DNA of 64,000 bases from Octopus vulgaris (lineage: Eukaryota), in the NCBI GenBank assembly GCA_951406725.2, contig OX597826.1, forward strand, positions 4,154,001-4,218,000, read 5' to 3'. Both the position numbers and the translations under genes were made by a program. How positions within the stretch are numbered: the stretch's first letter is position 1; each line of letters opens with the position of its first letter. Shown here piece after piece: positions 41,457 to 55,399 of this stretch. The notes under the pieces are model-generated. The model worked only from the letters and a program-made list of their open reading frames with translations, was not told the origin of the DNA and searched no databases.

Positions 41457-41895
41457 GGCGGCGAGCTGGCAGAAACGTTAGCACGCCGGGCGAAATGCTT
41501 AGCAGTATTTCGTCTGCCGCTACGTTCTGAGTTCAAATTCCGCCGAGGTCGACTTTGCCTTTCATCCTTTCGGCGTCGATTAAATAAGTACCAGTTATGC
41601 ACTGGGTCGATATCATCGACTTAATCCGTTTGTCTGTCCTTGTTTGTCCCCTCTGTGTGTAGCCCCTTGTGGGCAGTAACACAAAAATAATAATAATAAT
41701 AATACAAGAAACGTTAGTACGCCGGGCGAAATGCTTAAGGGAGTTAAGTTCTGAGTTCAAATTCCGGCGAAGTCGTCTTTGCCTCTCATCCTTCCTTTCG
41801 ATGTCGATAAATTAAGTAACAGTTGCATACTGGGGTCGATGTAATCGACTGGCCTCCTCCTCTAAAATTTCGGGCCTTGTACCTAGAGTAGAACA
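41457..41895 (+). mobile_element. Two tandem SINE family D units (Deu/Nin-like central domain)
   Basis: ggcggcgagctggcagaaacgttagc...gagttcaaattcc (B box)...gactttgcctttcatcctttcgg.gtcgat.aaataagtaccag. Second unit starts ~41707. Domain name is from recall. Confidence 0.85.
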
Positions 41896-42297
41896 GAATA
41901 TTTTTCTGATCGATGCTTATATCTGCCGACCGATTAAAAATTATTTTCTGCGCCATCTTGACAATATCTGGAATGTATATTTGTGAATTTATTCTTTGCA
42001 GGTCAAGGCAGTTTCAGACGGCAAATATGGTTATAGAAACAGTGTACGACTTGTACTTTATGTGACAAGACTGCGTTCAACACACGTCTCTCAATACTGC
42101 ATCTTTTGCATCTGCAGCTGCCTAGACAACTTAAGAATAAATAAATAAATAAATAAATAAATAAATGAATATGCAGATATTCTGTTCAGATAGATCTCCT
42201 GTAGACGGTGCAAACAACGATTTTTCACATATACATGTAAGAATATATATATATATATATATTTATTTATGTGCATATATATATATATATATATTTA

Positions 42298-42328
<31 letters not shown>

Positions 42329-42339
42329 TTATTTATTTA

Positions 42340-42406
<67 letters not shown>

Positions 42407-42510
42407 CAAGAGTGGGAGAAAAAGAGTGCAATAGAAACTGATTCTATTCATCTTCCGATCTTAGTCTGTATATTTTCAGTAGGTAGAAAAATACATGTGA
42501 AACCAAAGAT

Positions 42511-42546
42511 GGCCTGAAGATCGAGTGCTCGGAAACGACGGTAGCC
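42511..42546 (+). ncRNA. Minimal type I hammerhead motif in a (TA)n-flanked element (42406-42680)
   Basis: ggc-CTGAAGA(42514-42520)-tcgag-tg-ctcg-GAAAC-gacg-GTA-gcc. Confidence 0.7.
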
Positions 42547-42756
42547 TACGGCATATGTTAAATCTTATTCCTTCCTTCATGTAATTATTTTACTCTACAT
42601 CTTTACATTGAGAACTGTATATTTCTTGATATTTCTCAAATTATTTTCTCAAGCATTACACTCACGTACTCTTTCTATATGTGTTTAAATACATACATAC
42701 ATACACATGTATATATATATATGTATATATATATTTATATATATATATATAAATTA

Positions 42757-42805
<49 letters not shown>

Positions 42806-43170
42806 TGTATTAATTTGCATGTAAAATAAATAAATAATCCATCTATACACATTCGGTTCTATTTTATCGCGTTTTCTGTAATTAAATGAAACATGCTGAT
42901 AAATTGATATATATTAATACCTAACTATGCGAAGAGAAATATAAATGATAATGGTAAAACTAACTCGTATATTCAATAGACACATATAACCACTACCTTG
43001 CCACCAATACCGCTACCACATTCACCAGAACAAGAACAGGAACATTACCTGAAATAGCAGAATCCATAGCAGATAACAGATAACATGAAATGAACGGGGA
43101 ATATATATGTGTGTGTGTGTGTGTGTGCCTATATACATACATACATACATACATACATACATACATACAC

Positions 43171-43277
<107 letters not shown>

Positions 43278-43922
43278 CATAGTAAATGAGAGAACTCTGA
43301 AATCTTTCATAACTGCTAAGAAATAACACCGGACCTCTTTTGCCATTAGCCGCTGGCATTGGCTGGCTGGAAATTTTATTTTGATATTTACGTAATAATG
43401 ACCCCCTAATTAGGCTACTTAGAACAACGGTAATAAGAGCCCTGAAGCGAGATAATTTATTTTCTGTTTTAGCTTTTATCTTTTTACATATTTTAGACCT
43501 TTACTTTTTATATATATTTTCATAGTTTCATTTATGTTATTTGTATTCCTTTTAGAAAACTCAGCGGAAAATAATCCTTCGGTTTGTATGAATGCATTGG
43601 CGGTGGTAATTTCGAAGATATATATATATTTGCCTATCTTATATGCCAACTGAAACCACCATTGCTTCGAGGGTTTTTTGTCTTGTTTTGTTTTGTATTT
43701 TTTGTTTGCTTTTTTTTCTTCTTATTTTTCCTTCTAAGGTATTTCTTTCTCTCTTCTCTTTTTCTGGCTGACCTTTACTTGGTGAAAAAACAGAAGTACT
43801 GGCCTAACCTCTGCACATATGTGGCCAAAAAGGCTAACGGAAATGAAACGGAGAGAATGAAATCTATGAAGTAATAATATCAATGATAATATCAGTATAA
43901 ACTTTTATTATCATTATTATTA

Positions 43923-43981
<59 letters not shown>

Positions 43982-44409
43982 CAAAAGCAAAAAGCAAACG
44001 TAAAAGATATTGGGAAACCCTTGCAAACAATATGGAGGAGGAAAGTCAAACACACGAAGAGGAATAAGAAGTATGAAGAGCAGAACATACGCAAATGCAT
44101 ATACGTGTGTTTGAAAGCTTGTGTTCATAAATGTACGCGTATATATATATATATATGAATACCTTTGTACGTGAATGTATTTAGCTTGTGGTATCAAGTA
44201 GATGTCTGCTCACTCATGCATACACACACATATGCCAATTGCACACGCATACTGTTGCATGTATACACACGTATATATTCATTGTTCTTATAAACACATA
44301 CAGACACACGGTTGTCATAGACACATTATGAAATTTGTCATGGCATCGGTCACTACGAATTCATATTCACATATGGTTACATGCATAGTTTGTGTGCGTG
44401 TTGTCCTCG

Positions 44410-44465
<56 letters not shown>

Positions 44466-44620
44466 CATCTATCTATCTATTTGTCTATCTGTCTGTCTGA
44501 CTGCCTTCCTGTCTATCTATCGACCAACCTAACAATCTATCTGTTTGGTTATTTAACAATTGTTTGTTTCTCATTTGTCCGTCCGCCTAAACGTACATAT
44601 ATATATATATACACACACAC

Positions 44621-44663
<43 letters not shown>

Positions 44664-45161
44664 GTACGTATACTACGTGTATATGTTGATGTATCGGTGT
44701 GTATGTATGTATGTATGTATATATGTAAACATAGATAGGCATATATAGCTGGCGTATATCCGGACGTACATAACAGGTAATTATTCTCGCTAGAAGGCAC
44801 ATCAATCTTTGACATCAATACATTCGTTCAGGCCTAGTCTATTATATAATTGATACTAATATCTGTGTCCCACCCCCAAGAAAATTTTGGCACGAGCGAG
44901 TGCAAGTACACGCACACGCACTCACATACATACATTAATTTGCACACACACACTCATTGATATATATATATATATACGATTTAGCGTATCAATTTCGTTT
45001 CTCTTTATAAATACGCCTTTATCATATATAAGGGTGGAGGTTAAGAGCTAAATAGAAAGCTAGCCAAACCAGACGTGCCACTTCACGCATTCAAACTCTT
45101 ATCTTCTTTGTTAATGTACTTTAATTTTTGTAATTTTTACTTTCAACATATTCTCAATTGA

Positions 45162-45555
45162 GGGCGGTGAGCTGGCAGAAACGTTAGCACGCCGGGCAAA
45201 ATGCTTAGCAGTATTTCGTCTGGCATTACGTTCTGAGTTCAAATTTCGTCGAGGTCGACTTTGCCTTTCATCCTTTCGGGGTCGATAAAATAAGTACCAG
45301 TTACGCACTGGGGTCGATGTAATCGACTTAATCCGTTTGTCTGTCCTTGTTTGTCCTCTCTGTGTTTAGCCCCTTGTGGGTAGTAAAGAAATAGGTATTT
45401 CGTCCGTCTTTGTGTTCTGAGTACAAATTCCGCTGGGGTTGACATTGCGTTCATCTTTTCGGAGTCAATAAAATATGTACCAGTTGAACACTGGGACTGA
45501 TGCAATCAACTTACCCCCCCTATATTGCTGGCCTTGTGCCAAAATGTGAAACCAA
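45162..45555 (+). mobile_element. SINE family D plus a second partial unit
   Basis: Matches 41457-41690; second unit from ~45395. Confidence 0.85.
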
Positions 45556-45813
45556 TATATATTCACTCAATTATTTGAAGAAACGATGAGTAACGCGTTG
45601 GACGAATTTACACATAATATGCAGTGAAGTCGATTTAAATTCTGTGTTCAAAGCCCCACCAGATATCTCTGGCATTTATTCTACTGGTCTATTTTACTGA
45701 GCCGGTAAATTCCACAGACCTATGCACACCAAGAACGATCGTCACGTAAGTGGTTGGACACCAACATAAAACACACACACTCAAAGAAACACACCCACCC
45801 ATACACACACATA

Positions 45814-46101
45814 GGTGCAGGCGTGGCTGTGTGGTAAGAAGCTTGCTACTCGGCCATATGGTTCCGGATTCAGTCCCACTACGCAGCACGTTGGGAAAAT
45901 GTTTTTTTTATTATTGTTTCGTAGCCTGAGGCCAGCCACAGCCCTATGAGTGGAATTGGTAGATGAAAACAGAAAGAAAGCAATCGTATATATGTATGTG
46001 GGCGTGAGTGTGGGTGTGTATGTGTGTCCTCTCTCATCGCCACTTGACAACCGGTGTTCCAGCATAGCCACAAACTGACTGGAACAAGTGAAAGAATAAA
46101 A
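45814..46101 (+). mobile_element. SINE family A, degraded and deleted
   Basis: Head ggctgtgtggtaag...ggattcagtccc; tail ccagcatagccaca...gactggaacaag. Confidence 0.8.
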
Positions 46102-46118
46102 GTATAGATATGTATGTG

Positions 46119-46199
<81 letters not shown>

Positions 46200-46203
<4 letters not shown>

Positions 46204-46380
46204 AGAATTCACAAAATAAAAACACGAAAGACGAAGACAGGTGCTGTAGAAAAAAACAGATGTATTAGTATAAAGCTCGGGAAATGAAAAAGTCTTTAAG
46301 GTTTCGAGCCTACGCTCTTCCGTCGAAAGGAAAACAGAAAGAAACAAGGAGGGAAAATAAAGAATGTGTAGTGGCTAGCG
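46200..46380 (-). mobile_element. (TA)n-embedded family E copy
   Basis: Homologous to 11153-11330 and 52903-53070; contains gagc-gtag-gctc-GAAAC. Confidence 0.8.
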
Positions 46381-46552
46381 ATATATATACACATATATAT
46401 ATACATATAAATATATATGCATATATATGTAAACAAGAGAGACAGAGAAAGATAGAAACAAGGAAAATGCCACTTATATTTGAACTCTATACAAATATTC
46501 TTTTAAAAATACTTTTCTTTTAATTTTTCTAAATTTAATTATTTAATCGTTA

Positions 46553-46590
46553 CAGTCGAAAAGGTCTCAAAATGATCGAAACCGATACTG
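46553..46590 (+). ncRNA. Hammerhead-like motif with U3:A8 core variant
   Basis: cag-TCGAAAA(46556-46562)-ggtc-tcaaaat-gatc-GAAAC-cg-ATA-ctg. Confidence 0.5.
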
Positions 46591-46639
46591 AAATGTTCTT
46601 TATAAAATTATTTTAGCATTTTCTATCTTGACTTGTTTT

Positions 46640-46695
46640 TTCATATATATATATATACCATTATATATATATACCATATATATATATATATGCAT

Positions 46696-46732
<37 letters not shown>

Positions 46733-46825
46733 TATATATATGCATATATATATATATGTATATATATATGCATATATATATGCATATATATATATATGTA
46801 TATATATATGCATATATATATATGT

Positions 46826-46862
<37 letters not shown>

Positions 46863-46955
46863 GTATATATATATATGTATATATATATGTGTATATATAT
46901 ATGTATATATATATGTATATATATATATGTATATATGTATATTTATATGTATATT

Positions 46956-46986
<31 letters not shown>

Positions 46987-47074
46987 GTATATATGTATAT
47001 TTATATGTATATTTATATGTATATTTATATGTATATATATATATATATATATACATACATATATATATACATAT

Positions 47075-47125
<51 letters not shown>

Positions 47126-47128
47126 CAT

Positions 47129-47169
<41 letters not shown>

Positions 47170-47270
47170 TACACACACACACACATGTATATATATATAC
47201 ACATACACATATATATATATATACATACACACATATATATATACATACACACACATATACAAACACACAC

Positions 47271-47344
<74 letters not shown>

Positions 47345-47524
47345 TATATATATATATATACACATATATATATATATATATACATACACACATATATATA
47401 TATATACATACACATATATATATATATATATACATACACATATATATATATATATACATACACATATATATATATACATACATATATATATATATATATA
47501 CATACACATATATATATATATATA

Positions 47525-47555
<31 letters not shown>

Positions 47556-47567
47556 ACAAATAATATA

Positions 47568-47607
<40 letters not shown>

Positions 47608-47616
47608 CATATATAT

Positions 47617-47661
<45 letters not shown>

Positions 47662-47672
47662 CACATATATAT

Positions 47673-47760
<88 letters not shown>
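46640..47760. repeat. ~1.1-kb compound TA microsatellite
   Basis: Directly visible. Confidence 0.95.
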
Positions 47761-47761
<1 letters not shown>

Positions 47762-47764
47762 TAC

Positions 47765-47922
47765 ATGCGACAGTTTTTTTTCAGTTTCCGTTTACCCAAG
47801 CCACTCCTTAGGTTACGATCGGTCTGAGGTTATAGTAAAGAAAAGTAGTCCAAGTTACCACACGTTGTGATTGAACCTGTGTGCTTTGAAAGCAAGCTTT
47901 TTACCATAGAGTTATGCCTTCG
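47765..47922 (-). mobile_element. SINE family A 5' half, degraded
   Basis: ttcagtttccgtttacccaagccactc...aagcaagctttttacca. Confidence 0.7.
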
Positions 47923-48230
47923 CTCTTCTATAAGGTCTCTTTTTATATATCTTTCAGTTAGGAAGTGCATATGAACATTTACAGGTCTTCGATGTTTAGG
48001 AATGTAACATCCTGCTGGGGTTCTAGCTCGATCGCTCGTAATATAGTGGGTAAAGATTAATACATCATGAAGTTTTCAGTTTAATGCATAAATAAGCAAA
48101 GACGCAATTTGAGCACAAAACAGAATGAACAACATAAAACACATCGAGGTCCTCTCAGAATCCCGCTAATACTTCTGCTTGGATTAGTACATTTCTTGTG
48201 ACCCTGAAGTAATATAAAGTAACACGCTTG

Positions 48231-48616
48231 TGGAGGCGCAATGGCCCAGTGGTTAGGGCAGCGGACTCGCGGTCGTAGGATCGCGGTTTCGATTCCCAGA
48301 CCGGGCGTTGTGAGTGTTTATTGAGCGAAAACACCTAAAGTTCCACGAGGCTCCGGCAGGGGATGGTGGTGATCCCTGCTGTACTCTTTCACCACAACTT
48401 TCTCTCACTCTTACTTCCTGTTTCTCTTGTATCTGTATTTCAAAGGGCCGGCCTTGTCACTCTCTGTGTCACGCTGAATATCCCCGAGAACTACGTTAAG
48501 GGTACACGTGTCTGTGGAGTGCTCAGCCACTTACACGTTAATTTCACGAGCAGGCTGTTCCGTTGATCGGATCAACCGGAACCCTCGTCGTCGTAACCGA
48601 CGGAGTGCTTCCATCC
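48231..48616 (+). mobile_element. SINE family B, full length, young, with TSD
   Basis: A box tggcccagtgg and B box ggtttcgattcc. TSD ataaagtaacac at 48214-48225 and 48617-48628. Confidence 0.92.
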
Positions 48617-49197
48617 ATAAAGTAACACACTGATTCGGAAATTACGTGATGTATAATATTCGATGCATATGACTCTAACCAAATTTGATGTCTAGCCCCA
48701 GAACAACCTTTGTCTTGCAGGACTATAGTCTCTGAAGAGTTGATATGTTTTTCAAATATGTTTAGTATTGCAATTTCTCATTTTCTAAAGTGAAGCTATA
48801 TTAGAAACGAAGATCTAACTGCTAATTTTCGAAGGATCGAACGAGCATATACAGAAAACTTTTGGAGGCTCGGTTAATAAAGCGTCAGTGAACATATCAG
48901 CCGAAATTGTTGCAGGGAATAATAAAAATAACGGTCATCATACACAAGGATATCACTATATACAATGCATATACACATGCAGATAGCTATACCAACATAC
49001 ATCTAGAGAATCTCCGTATAGAAGACATCTAGTAATGCTCAAAAAGATACAAACTTAGAATCCGTGGTTTTTACAGCAGATCATTCGCTTGTTTTATGTG
49101 TACACATACTTTGAATTTAATATATTTGCTATATATTTTGTCTAATTTGTTTATCCGCATAATTGCTTCTCCCTCTTTCTCTCTCTCTCTCTCTCTC

Positions 49198-49237
<40 letters not shown>

Positions 49238-49393
49238 TAAGGATAAAATCTACGCTTGATTTTATCAGGGAGTTAGCATGCAACCAACCAGTTAAGGTAA
49301 AATTAACCGCTTAATATATTTTAATTTATAAATCTATATGTATTAATTTATAAATGTATATGTATTAATTTATAAATCTATGTTTATTAATTA

Positions 49394-49443
<50 letters not shown>

Positions 49444-49578
49444 ATGTGTGTGTGTGTACATATATGTATGTATATATGTATGTATGTATGTATGTATGTT
49501 TGTATGAATGTATGTTTGTATGTATGTATGTATGTATGTATATATATATATGTATGTATATATATATATATATGTATA

Positions 49579-49662
<84 letters not shown>

Positions 49663-49692
49663 TGTATGTATGTATGCATGTATGTAGGTAGG

Positions 49693-49744
<52 letters not shown>

Positions 49745-49990
49745 TGTATGCATGTATGTAGGTAGGTATATATTTTTATGTATATGTATGTATGTGTGTG
49801 CGTGCACGTGTGTATGTATTTGTATGGACAGAACATTGACGCTCATCATGATAATTTTAAACCCATTAGTAGTTTACTTTTGATTTAATTATACACGAAA
49901 TTTTACTGATGTTTATCTGAAAATCAGAATGGTAGATTTTCTCGCTGAATCTATACAGAAATAATACACAAACATACGTAAATACATACA

Positions 49991-50033
<43 letters not shown>

Positions 50034-50141
50034 GCGCACACACTCACGCACTCACATACACATATATTGTATACAGGATTACACATGTGTGTTTGTGTGT
50101 ATAAATATAAATATATGGATATACATGTACCTATGTATTGA

Positions 50142-50325
50142 TTTCAAATTTCGGCACAAGGGCAGCTATTCCTGGGGAGTTGTGAGTTATTTACATCGCC
50201 ACGAGTACTCAACTGGTATTTATTTTTATCGACCCCTAATTGATGAAAGGCAAAGCCGACTTCAGCAGAAATTAAACCCAGAAAGCAATGACTGACGGCA
50301 CGCCGCTAAGCATTTCCCCCGGTGT
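50142..50325 (-). mobile_element. SINE family D, degraded
   Basis: actggtatttatttttatcgaccc...gatgaaaggcaaagccgac. Confidence 0.7.
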
Positions 50326-50387
50326 ACCTACACATATATAATGCGGGAGAAATACATTTGTTTATATATGTTTTTTTACATATATAC

Positions 50388-50566
50388 GGGCAGGAGAGGT
50401 AAGTAGCTTGCTTACCAACTACATGGTCTCGAGTCCAGTCCCACTGCGTGGCACCTTGGAAAGTATCTTCTACTATAGCCTCGAGCCGACCAAAGCCTTG
50501 TGAGTGGATTTGGTAGACGGAAACTGAAAGAAGCCCGTAGTATATATATGTATATATATATGTATA

Positions 50567-50627
<61 letters not shown>

Positions 50628-50845
50628 TTGTGTGTCTGTTTTTGTCCCCCTCAACACCGTTTGACAACCGATGCTGGTGTGTTTACGTCCCCGTAACTTA
50701 GCGGTTCGGTGAAAGTGACCGATAGAATAAGTACTAGGCTTACAAAGAATAAGTCCTGGGGTCGATTTGCTCGACTGAATGCGGTGCTCCAGCATGGCCG
50801 CAATCAAATGACTGAAACAAGTAAAAGAGTAAAGAGAGTAAAGAG
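50388..50845 (+). mobile_element. SINE family A
   Basis: Near-consensus body and tail. Confidence 0.9.
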
Positions 50846-50851
50846 TATATG

Positions 50852-50922
<71 letters not shown>

Positions 50923-51271
50923 GGAAAGAGAACGAGAAAGCGAGAGATAGATCTAAATATATAATTACATTATGGTTTCAGCCAAAACATAGGATTCTGC
51001 GATTCAGATAAACTCTACTGGAAGTTCAAATACAATGGAATCAAGCTTATACAACCACCTTGGCTTCATCTGAATGGCTTTGGATTTCAAGTCAGTTGAT
51101 ATAAAACTCGCGTATTATATTTTGAATGATTTCATTCTATATTTAGAGCAAAAATTAACTCTCCTTTGAAATATAGTGTATTTCTGTTTTATAGCACATA
51201 TTCAAGCAGCTCTCACTCCCTCACTTTCACTCTGCCTCTCTGTCTGCTCGTCCCGTTCTCTCTCTGATTCA

Positions 51272-51353
<82 letters not shown>

Positions 51354-51361
51354 TATATATT

Positions 51362-51397
<36 letters not shown>

Positions 51398-52500
51398 TAT
51401 ATTCTTTCACTCTCTATCTCTCTCACTTTCTCTCCCTCTCTCTCTATATATATATGTAAATGTGTGTGTGTGCGCTTGTCAATAAGTGGTGGTAAGTGAC
51501 ATAAAGAGATGAACAGTCATTTCTGAACTGCTATGGCTTTGAAATATCAGTTACTGGCTGTACATGTGCATAAAATATGGTGTAAAAACATAAGTATTAT
51601 GCAAGATATGAGTTCGTTAATTACGAATTTTTTTTCCTATCTGAAATAAAATTCAATTCACTGATTTAGTGTATACGATTTTAGTTTACACGACAAAACA
51701 GTTTTTCAGTGGATTCTGTATTTAGTTCAGCTTTCATTCAATTTTAAAATACAGTTCGATAGCTTAGCACCAATGTTATATTCAATATTTCTGAAGGAAG
51801 AAATATGATTGTAAATACAGCACTTGAATATACCCTCGGTCATTCAGATATAGCATCTTGATACAGCTTGTAGGTTTCTGTTGCCGAGATAATCTGAATC
51901 TTGTTGTTATCTCCTTAGGCGTTGCATAACTGGTTGAGATGACATCTTTATTTCTACTGAAATAATTCACTGCTGTTTCTGTTGGAATAATTTTAATTAT
52001 ATTTGAAAAGGAAGAGAAAGTGGAAAATTGTTGAATGCTGCAAATTGTACTTGAAATGGTAAGAACATGCAGGCTGTAGATTTCGGAGAAGATTTTCACA
52101 CTACTTTTTAAAAATGCGATCCGAGAAATTCCACAAATGTTAACATGCCATGAAGTATATCTTAATGTCCTTGGAAACAAAAAAGACCAATGCATTGAAC
52201 GGATTCATCACAACGAGACAAATCGAGAAAAACACGGGCAAAATTGTTTTAGAATTTCAGTAATTTCAAAATTTAAAAATAAATATCTTACGTTGGAAAA
52301 CTAAACGATCTCCACAAAGAAAGAGTTCCGCTGAGCATTTCACTACTGCTAAAAGAAAGCCATTTTATTCGTTGTTATGAGAAGGAAATTTTGGGACACT
52401 AAATTATAAATTGCGAAAAGCGATTTTAACACTATAAATCTATTAAGTATATACATGCACTTTACTTCTTTTGTCGGGGTACAACTCATGTGTAATATAT

Positions 52501-52552
<52 letters not shown>

Positions 52553-52808
52553 TATATATATATGTGTGTGTGTATGTGTATGTATGTATATATATATATA
52601 TGCATACTCATACACGTGCATGTATGTGTATAAATATATATTTATATTTATACATACATACCCTCAAACACACACATATATGTGTAAAAAGGCAATAAAC
52701 ATGTATACGCTTTCTCCCTAAGATGTTCAAATGCATGTATACAGAGGCAACTGTATGCATAAAGTTTTATATGTGTGTGTGTGTGTCGTTCAAAATCACA
52801 TATATATA

Positions 52809-52864
<56 letters not shown>

Positions 52865-52902
52865 GTGTGTTTGTGTGTTAGTCTGTGTGTTTATATGTAT
52901 AT

Positions 52903-53405
52903 AGGGGAGAATTCACAAAAAAAGACGAAGACAGGTGGTGTAGACGACAAACAGATGTATTAGTTTAACGCTCGGGAATTGAAAAAGTCTTTAATGTTTC
53001 GAACCTACGATCTTCCACGGAAAGAAACAAGGAGAGAAAATAAAGAATGTGTAGTGGCTAGTGATCTATCATGGCGGAGGCCGGACAGAGGGGTCGCACA
53101 GGAGGGCTAGGGAGAAGGGGAGATAATAAAGTGGTGGTGATCCCATAACGAAGGTACACATGCGTGTGTATAAGAGAGTTTGTATGTGCGTATGGAAGAG
53201 GGCTGGTGATCTTGACGTGTGCGTGTGTGTATGTGTAGGTGTGACAATGTGGGTCTGGGAAGAGGTCAGTGCTGATGTGTGCGTGGTGGTGTGATGTGAT
53301 GTGATGTATGGTATGGTGGTGTAAAGTGTAGTGGTGTGTGGTGTGGTGTGGGTGACGCTGAGTGTAGGGCAGGGCCTGGATGTGGGTAGGCGGACGGTGG
53401 GGGTA
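52903..53405 (-). mobile_element. Longest family E copy, with hammerhead-like motif at 52989-53024
   Basis: Minus strand cttt-CCGTGGA-a-gatc-gtag-gttc-GAAAC-att-aaag. Appears to extend 5' beyond the other two copies (boundary approximate). Confidence 0.7.
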
Positions 53406-53686
53406 AATGTTTATATAATATATATATATATGCGTGCATACACATGCATAAAAGTTATATCAATTCATTATTATGCGAACTCATATGCATCTTTGCATTC
53501 ATACACTCTTATATACACGTTAATTATTACATATTCACTAGCATATACGCGAATTTTCTCATGTGTGTATGTATGTTTTGTGTAAAAGTATATATATATT
53601 TATATACTTATGTACATACTTATATCATTCTATACATTTATATATGTGTAAATATGAATTACATTTGATGTGTTTATATATGTGTG

Positions 53687-53719
<33 letters not shown>

Positions 53720-54481
53720 ATTTCTATATAAATATATTTATATCTGTAAGTATAAGCATAAATATTTTAAAGTATGGGCACTACATACATACATGCATTT
53801 ATACATACACACCCACATACATATATACATACACACATGCATACACACATACATACACACATATATACACAGACACACGCATACATACATGCACACATAC
53901 ATTCATACAAACGCACTGGTAGACATACATGTGTACACCCATGCATAGAAACTTAGATACGTACATGCACACATGTACGTATGGCTGCGGAAGTTAATGC
54001 TTGTGATATGCTCTCGCCGGAATACATTTCAAAGACAGGGGCAAAGGAAGAAAAGGAAGAAGGAGTGAAAAGATGGCGCGTGCTCTTTTGCTACACTATA
54101 AACGCATATCTATGATTACACACATATCTATGTGAATGCATGCTTGCATGTGCCTTAATTATACGCCATCGGCATATAAAGAATAGATAACCACTGCAGA
54201 TAAAGGATATTACGTCTCAGAGGAACCGCGCGAGCTTATGTACATATGTGTGTGTCTGTGTATATGTGCGTGCGTGTGTGCTTATATATGTCTGTGTATG
54301 TGTGTGTGTGTAATTATGTGTGTATATATATATATATATATATACATATATACATACATCTGTATGTGTGTATATATATTCAATATATACGGACGTATTT
54401 ATAGTTACGCATTTATATAATATATATATATATATATGTATGTATATAATTATATTATACACACACACGCTTGCATCTATG

Positions 54482-54528
<47 letters not shown>

Positions 54529-54816
54529 TTATGTGTGTACTGGATGATGCAAGTGGTGCACGGAAGAATGCAACTTCTGCAATTAAGAACACGGAGTGCA
54601 TGTTGATAATGAAAATTTAAATATGCACTCTGTTGATCTCATTGGATGTGTGTATGGAGAATGCCAGTTTTGTTATCACTTCTACATGTTATTAAGTTTG
54701 CGTGAATATTTACGTTCATATGTCTATTTGCGGTTACAAAATTTGAAATATAAATGTGTGCAACTTTATATGTATATATGCACCTATATGCAGATATATA
54801 CATTCACACACACACG

Positions 54817-54849
<33 letters not shown>

Positions 54850-54938
54850 GTACTGAACCCGGAACCATGTTGTTGGTATGCAAGCTTCTTACCACATAGT
54901 CAATGCTGTGCGTATATATATATATATATATATATATA

Positions 54939-55253
54939 CAATTGCAGCGTGGAAGGTGTTTGTAAGCCATTTAAGAAACACACAAAAGCCGTTCGATTCA
55001 CTTCAACATTTAAGTTTAATTTGTCAAAATATTTTCATCGCTAAAATCCGCGCCCTGTTCACTGACAAAGTCCGTGCTGCATCTAAGAAACTAACTCTTA
55101 CTTTCTTAGATGCAGCACGGACTTTGTCAGTGAACAGGGCGCGGATTTTAGCGACGAAAATATTTTGACAAATTAAACTTAAATGTTGAAGTGAATCGAA
55201 CGGCTTTTGTGTGTTTCTTAAATGGCTTACAAACACCTTCCACGCTGCAATTG
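54939..55253. mobile_element. Near-perfect 315-bp fold-back element in (TA)n (152-bp arms, 11-nt loop)
   Basis: 54939-55090 is the reverse complement of 55102-55253 with about one mismatch; (TA)n on both sides. Confidence 0.92.
55123..55172 (+). ncRNA. Hammerhead motif with compensatory G3:C8 core
   Basis: Stem I tttgtca/tgacaaa (7 bp), GTGAACA(55130-55136), stem II ggcgc/gcgac, GAAA(55156-55159), palindromic aatatt, UUU triplet. Confidence 0.65.
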
Positions 55254-55358
55254 TATATATATATATATACATATATACACAAACATATATATATACAAAT
55301 ATATATATACACACACACATATCTAACCTATATAGTAGATTTATAAACAGGACCAATG

Positions 55359-55399
<41 letters not shown>

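Noticed and set aside
48231-48305. tRNA gene-like sequence
   Set aside because: Head of a SINE with body, tail and TSD; acceptor stem not intact. The same applies to the other SINE heads.
49320-49392. Short tandem arrays (22-bp x3 here; also 17950-18040 and 20402-20442)
   Set aside because: Simple slippage duplications without spacers; not CRISPR-like, and the sequence is eukaryotic.
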